Position numbers and translations under genes: made by a program. A DNA stretch of 64,000 nt from Azolla caroliniana (lineage: Eukaryota > Plantae > Polypodiophyta), in contig JBHGNT010000010.1 of the NCBI GenBank assembly GCA_043228905.1, forward strand, positions 12,028,001-12,092,000, in the 5' to 3' direction. Shown one piece after another: positions 14,101-26,902 of this stretch (within the stretch, counting starts at the first letter, position 1; each line of letters starts with the position of its first letter). The notes beneath the pieces are model-generated. The model did not search any database, was not told the DNA's origin, and saw only the letters and a list, made by a program, of their open reading frames with translations.

Positions 14101-17100
14101 GTTTGTTTTATCCTCATGCTTTGTAAATGAGAAGATGATATTTTGGCCATGGACACTGTTCTGGAAACTTCTCAGGAATTGAATATGGAGGAGAAGCGGA
14201 TTCATACAGAAGAGAGACATCTACAACAGTTAAAGGAATTAGAGGAACAGTGGCAGCAGAAAATGATGATGGAAGTTCAAAGGTAACTTTTAATACTAGC
14301 GGCTCAGAGATATGACTGCGACGATAGCAATGAACTAGTTTTTAGTGGGTAAGATTAAGGAATCTGTAAGTCTTAATGGTCATTGGTAATAGTCAAAATA
14401 CCTCATAGGGAAAATGGTCTCTCTTTAAGCAATAAGTGAACTAAACCATCTATCTAATATCCATGGCCTGGAACTTGTGCATGAGAGACAATGCTGGTTA
14501 TTTGTGATTATTTCTTTTTTTTGTGAAATAAGTGGCAGATGCCCTCTTCAAGCAAAGTTTTGGCACACTCCGAAAGGTAACGGAATGCAAAGAGGAATGT
14601 CGCTTTCTTGCTAGAAATCTAGGGACTCGAAGAGAAGTTGATGAAGTAAAAAATACAAGCATAAAAGCTAATCAACAGAGAAGTGTCGCAACTTTCTTTA
14701 GCTCTGTCACTCTTTGCAGATTGCAATGAGTCTCTTGTCGATGTTGAAAAGAAATTTATCATTTTGTAAGCCAATTAGGGGTTACAAAGAAGGGTCTCAA
14801 TCACAACATTTGATAGGGGTTAACAGAGAGCGGGCAATAGCAATTTGTTGTGCATGTAAAACATCTCTAGTTAGACCATGCTGTGTAACTGTTATTGACA
14901 AATCAAGGCCATTATCACCTCATCACCCAAGGTGCTGTCTATAGAACGAAAGATATATTAACGTATTTTAAGAGGCCAAAATGGCCACTAAGACCAAACA
15001 AGAGATTACATCTTAAGTTTCGTCTCGTTTCTGAGAACAAATCAAAATAAAATAAATGTTACTAGGTAAACATAAAAGCAAATAAGATAATACGAGACTA
15101 AAAAATCTTGTTATCGGCACAGTCAGATATATTGCAACTGTTGTCTTTGAAATATCTCTAGCATAGGTTGATCCAGAATGTAGAGGTCTCCGAAGTGAAG
15201 GAAGCACCTCCGATGACGGGAGATAATGACCTTTATCTGTTGATGACAAGGGTGGTGAGATCGTGGTCCATAGGGCCGGGGCCTATGTGCAAAAAAAATT
15301 CTATTGCCCCCTCTATTGTAACCCCTTCGTTATGTCCTGGTCAGGGGGCCATTTGTGTAGCCCTTGATTGTCTTGTAACATTAGGAGTGATAGGGGCTAA
15401 AGAAAGTTGTGATTGTTCTTTGTGGATGAGCATATGTGGCCGTGCTGTTGTCCTTCAACAACTTTTCCTTGTGTCTCTTTAGTTCAAGCAAGAAAAGTCC
15501 TAGGCACCGTTGGTTCTCATATTCCATTACCTTGCATAGTGGTCCAAAGACTTGTTTAAAGAGGCAATGGTATCTCCCTCTTATTTCATAAAATACGCTA
15601 TAGTGACAAACATAGTGTTCTTCCAATTTCACTCCTTGATGACACAATTGGCAAATTCTTTCGTCTAGAGGTATTCTATTATCTGGCTACCTGAATCTCT
15701 AACTAAATTAATAGCCTGAATTAAATAAAAAGGCAATCGATCATAGTCTCTAGTCTAGATACAGCCTACATAGAAAAAAGAAAAAACGATAATAAAGTAC
15801 TCCCTAAAGTACTAGAGAAATTTGCTGTCTAACCAAGCATTTCTTCATCTTAAACTCATATGGACTGAAACTTCTACCTTCAAATGATCTCCAAACATGG
15901 GCCGATCAAAGGTGGAGATGGAAGCACCTTCATCTTGGGTGATAATGACCTTTATTTGTCCATAACAAAGGTGATGGGATCATGGTCTAGATATATGTGC
16001 ACGACAAATTACTATTCTCAATCCATTGTATTCCTCTTTGAATGTTTGTCACAACCCTATTTGTGTAGTCCTTGATTGACTTGTATCACTAAGAGTAGCA
16101 GAGCTAAAGAAAGTTGTAAAAGTTCTTGATTGAGTTGTAGTGGTTGTTTTGTTGTCCTTCAATGAATTCTCTTTGCCATGCCACCCTTTTATTGACTTAT
16201 AAACACCATTATCTTCTGCCATCACAGGTGCTTCCTCACTTTAGAAACCTCTCCATTCGGGATCAACCTATGCTAGAGATCTTTCGAAGACAAAAATTAC
16301 AATAGAAAAATGAGAAAGCGCGTTTGTTTAATAATAATATACATTGGTATATGCCACACCACAACATCATCTGATTTTCTTGATTCACCTTTAGTTCTAC
16401 TAGGAGAGTTCTCAGGCATAACACCTCCGCAACTCCTACAACAATAGCTCTATACTCTGCTTCTGCTGTTGACCTTGCACTACTGACTGTTTCTTACTTT
16501 TCCAAGAGACCATATTGCCCCCAACAAACATGCAGTATCCTGATGTGGATTTCCTATCATCAGCACAACTGGCCCAATAAGAATCACAATAGCCTTCAAT
16601 GTTAAAATGACCATGTTTTCTAAAGATCAATCCGTTCCTTGGGGCACCTTTGAGATATCTTGAATATGGTACACTGCATCCATATGATCTTTCGTCGGAT
16701 CATGCATGTAGCGACTTACCACACTTACTACAAATGAAATATCTGGACAGGTGTAAGTCGAATAAATCAGCCGGCCTACCAATCTTTGATACCTTTCACG
16801 ATTTGCAAGTTCAGTTAGCTTGATCTTTTGGTCGATTGGAGAAGCTACGGGCCTACAACCCTACATTCCAGTTTTTGTGAGAAGATCTAATACATATTTT
16901 CGCTGAGATAGAACAACTCCTTTTGCTTCATGAGCTACCGCAATTCCGAGAAAGTATCGTAGCAATCCTAGATCCTTCAGCTCAAACTCTTTACCCAATT
17001 GCACGTTTAGTTGGGCAATTTCTCCTTCATCGTTACCCATGATAATTATATCATCCACATACACAACAAGTAATGTAGTATGTTCCTTGTCGAAAAAACA

Positions 17101-20100
17101 TTGTATGGTTTGCATTGGTTTTTTGGTATCCCATCCCACCATATCCCTTCTTAACCTGTCGAACCAGGCTCGAGGAGATTGCTTTAGTCCATAAAACGAC
17201 TTCCTTAGTATGCAAACCTTACCTACTGTTTGAATTGTACCAAAACCTGGGGGGATATCCATGTACACTTCCTCCATCAACTCTCCATGAAGGAATGCAT
17301 TTTTTACATCCAATAGGTGTAATTTCCAATCCTTATTCACCGCTAAGGAAATAAGTGTTCTAACAGTGCTCATCTTCGCTATAGTTGCAAAAGTCTCATC
17401 ATAATCAATGCCATATGTCTGACTAATCAGGCCTTGTATCGATCTATTTTTCCCTCTAGGGTCTGTTTTATTGTAAACACCCATTTGCACCCAACCGCCT
17501 TCTTTCTTGGTGGTAGTGACATAATCTCCCAAGTTTTGTTCTTTTCAAGAGCTTCGAGTTCTTCTTGCATGGCTGCTTTCCACTTTGGATCTTCTTTAGC
17601 AACTTGCCAACACTTGGGTAAAGTGACAGAGGCTAATGATGCAATGAATGCTCTATGTGTAGCTGATATATTAGAATAAGAGATAAACTGAGCAATATCA
17701 TGAGGAAAACCATAACGATCAGGAGGGACTCCTGCATTATTGCGAGAGGTCCTCCTAACCTTTACAGGAGAAGGAGAGGAAATCATATCACGTGTGATTT
17801 TTGGGTTTGGGAGTTCTATAAGTATTTCATAAGTCGAGGCAGGTCGGGACATGGAACTTGATGGCACAAGTGGCACTGAAGACGTGTTCATATTTTTTTC
17901 TTTCTGCCTCCTCTTCCGCGTATACACCATTAGCTCCTCCTCAGCTTGAGTCCCAACATATATAGGTTCCTCGTCTTTTCCTTCTTCTTATCTCCTACGC
18001 TCACTTGTTTCTCAGCTGATGTAGGGATCAACAAAGGAATTTATCCTAATTTTAGCAACCTCTCATCCTTATCTCTTCCCCTCATATTTTCAGTCTCAAT
18101 TAAGTCATCAAAGGGTGAAGTTACCCCTTGTTTATAATATGGCTCCGACTCTCTGAAATGCACATCCATGCTCGCAAATAATCTCTTCTCTATTGGACTC
18201 CAACAAACATAGCCTTTTTGTGTGGCAGTGTATTCCACAAATACACATTTTACAACTCTAGGATCAAATTTTCCTATAGATGGTCTACTGTCCTTTACAA
18301 AACACACACATCCAAACACCTTCAGAGGAAGGATTCCATAGTTATTCCCTTGCAACAACTCACATGGAGACTTCCACTCCAATACTCTAGAGGGCATTCT
18401 ATTGATCAATGCGGCGGCCGTCAAAATTGCTTGTCCCCACAACTGCTTTGGGACATTCATAGAAATCATCATGCTTCTTGTTACCTCTAGAAGACGTCTA
18501 TTCTTGTTACCTCTATGCATTTTATTTGGTCTTATAGGCCATTTTGGCCTCTTAAAAGACGTTAATATATCTTTCTTTCTTTCTTTCTACTACTCCATTT
18601 TGTGCTGGTGCGTATGGGCATGTAGTTTGATATTGTATTCCTTGATTTGAGAGGTATGCCCTAAACGTAATGTTAGCATACTCTATTCCATTATCAAACC
18701 TCGCAACACTTTTACTGCTGCACCATAGTGAGTTTGAACTGCTCTATGAAAATCTTTAAAACAAGCAAATACTTCATTCTTTTTTCTCATCAAATATAAC
18801 CAAGTCACACGAGAGAAGCAATCTATATCCATTAATAGAACTTGTGGAACACTGTCCCCAAACATTGGAGTGTATTACATCAAATGCATGGGAACTCCTA
18901 TGACCTGAACTAACATATGAGCTTTTAGTAAGCTTACCAAATTCACATGCATCACAAAAAAGTTTCGTTTGATCAACCTTTTCAAAAGGGTGTGGATACA
19001 CCTGACTCAAAATGCCATAAGAGGTATGTCCCATACGTTGGTGGTAAAGTATCAACAAGTCCTCATAACTCATTTTAGATCCCCTTACATTTGTTCCCTC
19101 TACCATAGATGCTAATGCTGAATCCAGCCCTTCACGATCCAAATGCCATAGTCCACTATGCCATGTGCCAGTCCCAAGTCTCCGACCTGTCCCTTTCTCT
19201 TGGAATATCACCTTGGGAATATCATAAGAAACAACACATTTTAGTTGGAGTATGATAGACCTTATGAATAATAGGTTTATTGGGAAAGAAGGAGCATGCA
19301 ACACATTAGACAATGTCATAGAGTCGGTACATTTCATTGTACCTATACCAACTTCAGGTTGTGTTGTACCATCAGCAGTTTGAATGCTCTTTGGCATTGC
19401 TAAGTGAGTATATGAGGAGAATTTACCAGCATTACCCGTCACTAGCTTGATCCTCTTCGGTGAACACCACCTTAGTTCCTCTTCTTCCGCTACAATCAGG
19501 TTTGCTTGGTGACCTCCTCTTCCACCTCTTCGGCCCCCTCAACCCCAACCTCTAGTTTGTCCACATCCTCCATATTCTCTCTCCTTAGATGGTTTAGGGC
19601 AAGCATTCTTTAAATGTCCAGCTTCACCACAATTGTAGCATTTTCGATTTTCACTTCCGCTTGAATTTGACACTATTAGTGTCGATCGTACCCTTGGAAG
19701 TTGGTGGTGTCAGAGAGCAACTTCATTCTACTTCTCCTGTATCATAGTCACAATTGCCTCATTAAGTGTGGGAATTTCAGCCTTGGCTAGAAGAGCTGCC
19801 CTTCTTTGATCAAACGATGGGTTGAGATGTTAAAAAAATTGCATGGTTCTTCTTTAAGCAGAAACCTTCTTGCTCTTACATTGAGGATCAATGCACACTG
19901 TCACAGGCGAGAAATGATCATATTCTGCCCATAAACGCTCCAGTTCTATGGCATATTCCTGAATCATCCTATTTCCCTGCCATATGGCATCTATCTCCTG
20001 CTTGATGTGAAATACTCTCATGTTATTTCCCCTCCCAACATACGTCTTTTGCAATTTCTCACCAATCTCCTTCATGTAATCTCCTGTTTGGTGTTATAGG

Positions 20101-23100
20101 CTGTTGTAAGTGTTGTCTCATCTTTGCGAACAACAAATCGAAATAAAACAAATGTTACTAAGTAAACAAAAAAAGTAAATACGATAAAAAGAGACTAAAA
20201 TATCTTGTTATCAGCAAATGTAAGATTCTCAATTCAGATATATTGTAAATTTTGTCTTCGAAAGATCTCTAGCATAGAGAGGTCGATCCAGAATGGAGAG
20301 GTCTCTGAAGTGAGAGAAGCACCTCTGATGGCAGGAGATAATGGCCTTTATCTGTCAATGACAAGGGTGGTGAGATCGTGGTCCATGGTGCCGGGGCCTA
20401 CATGCACGACAAATTGCTATTGCGCCATCTATTGTGCTCCTTTCGTCTCTTAAATTACGTTAATATATCTTTCTTTCTTTCATAGCTCTAGAAGGGTAGA
20501 TCATTGGTACAAGTCTAACAGTATCTAGTTTAATGGCATTGATATAGTTTAGAAATGGCTTGGGATGAGTAAAGGTTCTCTTTGAGAACACTGAAAATAG
20601 GTAATTAAAGCAGTTTGAACATTAAGAACATGTTTGTGAGATATCTATATAGTACTTCAAGAACATTTTCTATGCAACCAAATAACCGAATAACTTGTCA
20701 AACTTATTTGCAAATCTCCTTTTGAGTGGATTTAGAAATTGTGTGAGACCGTTCCTTTATAATATCCAATATTCCAATTGGGCGTTCCATAAGAAAAGAT
20801 ATACAGCTAGCATATTTTCTGGAACTAGTGAATCTTTAAACCCCTATCTTAGGTCTATGGGGAATGTGTGTACAGGGTAACTTGTTTGTATTATTCTTTA
20901 CTATATCTCAACTAAATGGATATGAAGATAATCCTCATCTTGATGTAAATCAACCTCCCTGTAGGTATTCATCGTTGAGCCATGATAAAGACATGTTAAA
21001 TGAACGTTGGGAGGAGGAAAATGCAGCAATGGTGGCTTCACATCAACAGATTATTCAGGTATGCAATTAATTTCTGAAATTAACATATGAAATCTATCTC
21101 AGACCATTTATGAGTAGAATGTTATACCATTTCAATGTTCTTCATCAAGCTTTCATATATTTTGTCAAATAATGCAAATATGTTTAATTATCTTTAATAT
21201 AATGATTCTGATATAAAAAGGAGTGTAGGAACTCACTGAAGAGTTTGAGACAAAGCTAGAGGAAGAGCATCAAGCATATGAAAAGCTACAATGTGAATTA
21301 TTTCAAACAAAGAAGGATTTTGAGGAGATCAAGAAACAGACTGAACAGGATACTGATCATGAGATTGAAGAAATCAAGCAGAAGTATGAAAGTCATCTAA
21401 ACTTACTTTTATTTGAGGGCAAAGATTTATGTCTCTAAAATACCATATGGTATGTGTAGTATATACGTACACTAAGAAATCCCATTAAATGATGTCCTAT
21501 AGAATTCGTTAATGATGAGATGAGTCTCTTATAGAGGCTAATGAGATAGATATTTTGAAAATGATTGTACTCAAAACTCAGGATCATCATGATTAGACAC
21601 TGTCTTGTGAAGATGTATGCCTCCATTCTAGACTCCGGATGGCGAGAAACAGACTGACATACACCATGGCAAGTGGGTTCATGAGAGCTTCACCACACAT
21701 CACAACTCAAGGGAAGTCATGATTACCAGCAATGCCTTAGAATAACATTACAAGCTGGGGGTGCAAAAATATTTGTTTGGATGGAAGTCCAGGAATCAGG
21801 TTCTGTCAATGCAATTAGAGATTTCAATTAGAAGGAAACATGTTGCAGCATCCCCATGGATGGAAGCAGCCTTAAAGCTTTCTCTTCACAATATTTATCG
21901 GTATCCTTTTGGACTGACAAGTCAATGAGTGATACTTCCTCAAAGACTAGTACAGGAATCCCAATATCTCTTATATATATATATATTGTATGCAATTCTC
22001 AACATTAAAAAGTGCTTTTGACTGTTGGGTGCTGATCCCAACTCAACTCTAACTATCTCTGATGATACCAATGTAAAATTTCAGCAATAACCATGCGTAA
22101 ATTTGTGGCACTATACTGTTGATATGTTCAGCATTACATACCTGCTCATTTCTTACCAGTAAACTATTGTCATGATATTCGACTGTGTCAGCTCAAGGGG
22201 TTCAGGCTGAGCGCAAGTCTTTATATTGGCGTAGTTATATCTCTACACCAATATCATTCACGAATGGTTACAGACAGACATATCTCTATTGATGACGAGT
22301 TGGGTGAAAGTGATTGTCAATCACCTTCGAGCTGTTAATCTAACACTAACAAGAAGTTAACTGATGCCTAAAGGCTAAAGTGTTAACCATATTAAGATAA
22401 GTAAATACAAATGGAAATACGTTAACCACACCTCAATTACTATGTCACCACATACAATGTGGAGAGTGATTAGTGTTTGGCTTAGAAGCATTTAACACTA
22501 ATATTTGACAAATGAGGAGAGAGAAATAGGGAGAGAACTCTAGCTTAAGCTACAAGAGGGCTTAAAACTAAAGTTAAAGAGGAAAAGCTAAAGTCACTAA
22601 AGTAAAGCAAAAGTGACTTTTATAACTCTAGCTTAGATTTTCCCCTTCACATTTGGGTTGCCATTTGGCCAATGCCGATGCTATTGTTGGTCATGCTACG
22701 TTGGGCAATTTCTTAACATTGACATTGCTCATCGGGCGTAATAAAGGACAACAATGTTGAATGCATCCCCAGTTTCATTTGACAGGTGTCTTTCTGATTT
22801 TTTTACAACAATTTAAATAAAATTCAAAGAGGGAAAAAGTTTTAACAAAGACAAAAAGATATATAAAAGTTGAACCGACATTTTCATTAATACAGAAATT
22901 TTAATGATTGCTGTCGAAAACTATGTAAGTAGGCAAGGCAGGCAAACATCATGGCCAAAGGCCTTCCCATGTTTCTCTATCTTTTGCATCATGGTTCAAG
23001 AATGCTTGGTTCTCCTTTACCTCTTCCATCCACAAACGGTGGACAGCCAAAATCATGAACAGCCATAGTTTACAAACATGCTGTCTCTCAAGCGTCCTGA

Positions 23101-25534
23101 AAATCTGTGTAGCCTTTAGAGAGCATGGATGTTCCGTTGCTTTCATTCTCATATCCATGATACTATAGTTTAGTTGTAGCCTCATTTCGTTTCTAATAGG
23201 CCATTCTGCTACTGGCTCTCTTCCCTATTTTGTTTTGCGGTATACGCACTGTTTTTAGGGCTTTCTGGTATTTCTGTCTATGACAGAATGTTCTATACAG
23301 TGGATGCTGGTTTCTGCATAATATGTGTAACCTCTAGATAGTCTGGATGATCATCTTTTTCTTAGATCATCAAAATTGGATTGGTTCATCTTCGATATAT
23401 GTGCAGATATGAAGCAAGACTTTTACAAGAAGCAGATACTATACTCAGATTGAAAGGAGAAAATGGTCTTCTGAAGAAAAAGTTCAATGAATTCCAAAAG
23501 GACATAGAGGAGCAAAAAGCGGAAATCAAACAACTCTTTGATCAAAAGAAGGAGCTCTATTCAACATTAGGATTTTTCGAACGAGATATTGCGTATGTGT
23601 CATTTAATTCTTTTGAGTCATTTCTGCTGTAGTTTTTTGGTCTGTTTTACAGAATGTATTTGCTCTTGCTGACTCTTAACTACCCTATCAATGCATGGTC
23701 TTGCTGACTCTTTACAGAATGTTTTTGATAATGTAAGATATCAATTTTGAGGTGCTTTAAAAGAATATAAATCTAATGCAATGGAGTGGAAATGTCTCAT
23801 GAAGATCATTGAAGAAGGATGTATCTGAAAGAGATGAAACAATAGGAGAGAAAGAGAAACGGATTTTTGAACTTAAAAGAAAGACACAAGTGAGAAACAA
23901 CAAACCGTGAATCTTCTTCTGACCATTTTTTCAGATCTGAAAATTAATTCCTTTGCTAGATCTCAACAAGAAAACTCTAAAGATTGCTATTGTAAATTTT
24001 GCAGAATTATGTAACTGTGTTTTAAACTCTAAATTTCACCGACTTCTGCAGGAGCTTGAGAAAGTGAAATTTGTTCTAGACTTTAAGATAAAAGATTTGA
24101 AACAAACAATAGAACCAAGAGAGCTTGAGCTTCAGAATGCAAAACTTCAAATCGCAAATATGGAGAAAGAGCTGGAGAGGTAAGAATCTATCTTACTTTC
24201 TTCTCTTATAGGGGTCTGCTTTACAGCCAGTGGTTGAGGCATAAGGTGAACTTCTAGTCTATGGATTGCAACTAGGGCAAATTCTCAGCCCAAAATGTAT
24301 CTGTAACTGATTGAATTATCTCTCATGAATGTCGTACTCTCATGGTTACACAGGGCTCACAATGGAAACACGAGAAAGGAATTGATTATTGCAGAAATGA
24401 AGCTTAAAGTTGATGGATTACGAATTGAAGAGGCTAATATGAGAACAAAACTTGCCAGTACATCTCAACTCATTAAGAGCTTTAACCATGATTTCTACCA
24501 ACTGACGCAACTTATCCAGGTAATTTACCTCCAGAATATCTGAAACACATGCTGCTTTTGGTCGAAGATTTAGCTCTATAAAACCTTACATTTTTTACTT
24601 GAGATTGTTCCATGATGATGTCCCTGCTTTATGCCAATGTAGGAACCACGTGCTCTGAAAGAGGCTGTCAAAGATCTGAACATGAAATATGGTACTCACA
24701 AAGTGAAGATCGTTCCTGTCGATAAGGATTTAAAGAAAGAGATGTTGAGACAACGAGAGTACCTTGAACGGAACGTAAGATGCTTAAATGTTTCTCTAGT
24801 TGAAGCATTGAGAGAGATTGAAACAGCATTCAGATCCAATGCAACATTCTTGAATTATTTTTCAGGTTGAGGGTCTCCAACGCAAACTTACAAAAGATTC
24901 CAGTACCAGCCACAAAAGCCATCAAAAGATTCTACAAGAGAATGTGGTGTTAATAACTGAACTAAATGAGCTGAGGAGAGAGCTGAAAGTTCTGAAGTTG
25001 AATGCTCAAAGAGGTCCACAGTTAAGATCAGATAGCAGTGTTAAGAACATCCCAAAAGAGATTGAATCATCCTACAGTCGAATCAATGAATTGCAACTAG
25101 AGCTAGAAAGAAAAAATGAACAGGTGAAGGAGCTTAAGAGATTGGTTGAAGACAGTGCTGAAGGAGGCAAGGACGGACCCAAACTTTGGCTGAATGACAA
25201 AAACTCTGAGGAGAAACTGAAGGAAGGCAGTAGTCAACCCATGGACACATCTGAAGGTGTTGGTTTTGAGTTGGTAGGGTCAATGTCACAATTGAGTGAA
25301 GACAATAATGCACGTGAATGCAGCAGTTTGGAGACTGATCTTGAAGAACCTCTACCACCACAGCCTGAAAGGTTGATGCAAGGATTTCATGGTGTTTCTG
25401 AGCATGACCAAGGAAATGTCCAAGTAGAGGCTATTACTGACTTTGAGTCTGATCATGGACCACCCCCACAACCTGAAAAGATTATGGAAGAGCAACTGTG
25501 TGACCAAGATCCTGTCCCAACTACAAGTGACTAA
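2193..25534 (+). CDS. CFAP57: Cilia- and flagella-associated protein 57 (WDR65; WD40 repeats plus C-terminal coiled coil), 19 exons, about 1348 aa
   Basis: Phase-consistent exons: 2193-2455, 3121-3499, 3704-3934, 4098-4424, 7749-7917, 9882-10099, 10194-10415, 10531-10642, 12005-12255, 12350-12502, 14176-14282, 20965-21058, 21229-21383, 23407-23592, 23805-23889, 24052-24179, 24354-24519, 24643-24774, 24866-25534 (4047 nt). Family motifs: [120 protein letters not shown]. All introns are GT-AG except intron 8 (GC-AG). Confidence 0.93.
4900..7300 (+). mobile_element. Decayed non-LTR retrotransposon (RTEX-like LINE ORF2) in CFAP57 intron 4
   Basis: RT motifs [17 protein letters not shown] (5780-5850), GVKQGC (6362) and LLYTD (6485), with many frameshifts. 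Boundaries are approximate. Confidence 0.7.
12885..13172 (+). mobile_element. 3' end of RTEX-like LINE with (TTTC)n tail, CFAP57 intron 10
   Basis: Ends GGCCTCTTAAAAGACGTTAATATATCTTTCTTTCT. The same terminus recurs at 14948 (-), 18521-18588 (+) and 20447-20481 (+). Confidence 0.75.
13330..14050 (+). mobile_element. LINE RT fragment, CFAP57 intron 10
   Basis: IGVKQGCPL at ~13503 and [12 protein letters not shown] at ~13624. Nucleotide similarity to 6350-6900. Confidence 0.75.
14400..16303. mobile_element. Cluster of RTEX-like LINE 3' fragments in both orientations, CFAP57 intron 11
   Basis: Copies at ~14500-14937 (+), 14948-15710 (-), 15920-16175 (-) and 16207-16303 (+). The 14948-15710 copy encodes [25 protein letters not shown], a C-terminal zinc-knuckle-like motif, followed by the TTTC tail. 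Confidence 0.75.
16350..20073 (-). mobile_element. LTR-less, decayed Ty1/copia internal region (Ale/Retrofit-like), CFAP57 intron 11
   Basis: Gag, zinc knuckle (CYNCGEAGH), GAG-pre-integrase ([14 protein letters not shown]), integrase ([12 protein letters not shown]), RT ([13 protein letters not shown]) and RNaseH ([10 protein letters not shown]) in copia order. No LTRs found. Confidence 0.92.
18521..18588 (+). mobile_element. ~70-bp LINE 3' terminus inserted in the copia integrase
   Basis: TTTATTTGGTCTTATAGGCC...TTAATATATCTTTCTTTCTTTCTTTCT interrupts the minus-strand NGVVERKNRRLL codons. Confidence 0.8.
20074..20481. mobile_element. Rearranged LINE 3' copy (forward, inverted, forward) ending in a (TTTC)n tail
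   Basis: Relative to the copy at 12885-13172, 20074-20103 is forward, 20106-20445 is inverted and 20447-20481 is the forward terminus. Confidence 0.75.
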
Positions 25535-26844
25535 TAACATGGATGAGAATCAGTAAGAACTGACATCGCAATCTTCTACAACAAGCAGGTAGGAGGCATT
25601 AACACCTATTGAAAGGAAGATTAAATAAGATTTCCTCTGTGACATGCCTATCAAGTGTATAGATAGATGTTTGACAGCAAGATGTACACACATGATGGCG
25701 TTGTCAATAGTCTAGTTGTGGGGGGCTGAAATTGTAACATAATTGTCCCGTGAAAGATATGGATAGTTTGAAATGCAATCCTAAATCTTCTTTCCCCATA
25801 TTATCTAATCATGACTGTTCTATAGGGGAATAATAAACATTTTTGTCAATATGTTTTGCAGCATTTCAATATTGAATGTTTCATATTTGAAATGGAGATG
25901 TATTTCATGTATCTCAAAATTCTACTGTTCCAATCAATGTTTCTTTCTGATTCTAGTGGAAATATTTGATGCTTAGTGAACACAATGGACAGTGTTTTAG
26001 TACAGTTGAGTGTATAATAACCCAGGATATAGAAATCCCACCTAGTTTAGAACACTTGTATGTGATTTTCCCATTGATGTTTTATCAAAAATATTAGGTT
26101 ATTTTGTTCTCTATAGAGGGGAAAAGAACTTAGTCAGTTTCACACTTTTAACCTTGCTGTAGTTTTCTTGGCATATAGCTAGAGGCTCTTTTTCTTGTGC
26201 TTTGTATTCATAGCTAACGGCTCTTTTTCTTGTACTTACATGTTTTTCCAAAGTTTTATGTCTGAATTGCTGCTGCATTTAACCATTTTGTTTGTGCTCA
26301 GTATCTTTATGGGTTTTATGCCTATCGAAAGATGAATATTAAATGTATTAAGCATTACGTATGTAAGGTATAAAGATTTAAGATTTCAAGTTGATCTCTA
26401 GTGTCTTGAATCTATTTTACTAGTTGTGAATGTGGTGTTGGTTATGACATGGTTTCATTTACTTTTCTTGCTCATATCAACTCATAACAAGTACTAGTGT
26501 GTCCACTTACATAACTCCCAACTACCGTTTGATGTTCTGGTACTACCTATATATAGTATACAATGTTATCCATCAATGACAAACAAAACACTCTTTTAGA
26601 ATAAGCTCCCTGACACTTTTCTCTGCCTAGGTTTACAGAATATATTTTATGCACAATGACATTTACTATAATCACTGTAATAACTATTAATCTAAAAGTT
26701 ATAATCACAATGACCTTCACATGGCACCCTTCTAGACCCCAACCATCTATTACTGTGTAATAGCCTTCATTCCCTTTGCCTTGGAACCCACAATACAGAT
26801 GATATAGTCAATTGTGTGCATCAACACGTTTCATTTCTACGGGT

Positions 26845-26902
26845 TCAGAAGTAAAAAACGGCTCATATCTTGGGTCAGAAGTAAAAAACGGCTCATATCT
26901 TG
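26845..26902. repeat. 30-bp tandem duplication
   Basis: TCAGAAGTAAAAAACGGCTCATATCTTG occurs twice, 30 bp apart. Confidence 0.9.

Noticed and set aside
22055-22650. Reverse PBS-like CTCTGATGATACCA and a possible solo LTR in intron 13
   Set aside because: The PBS is imperfect, and no LTR boundaries or TSD could be fixed.
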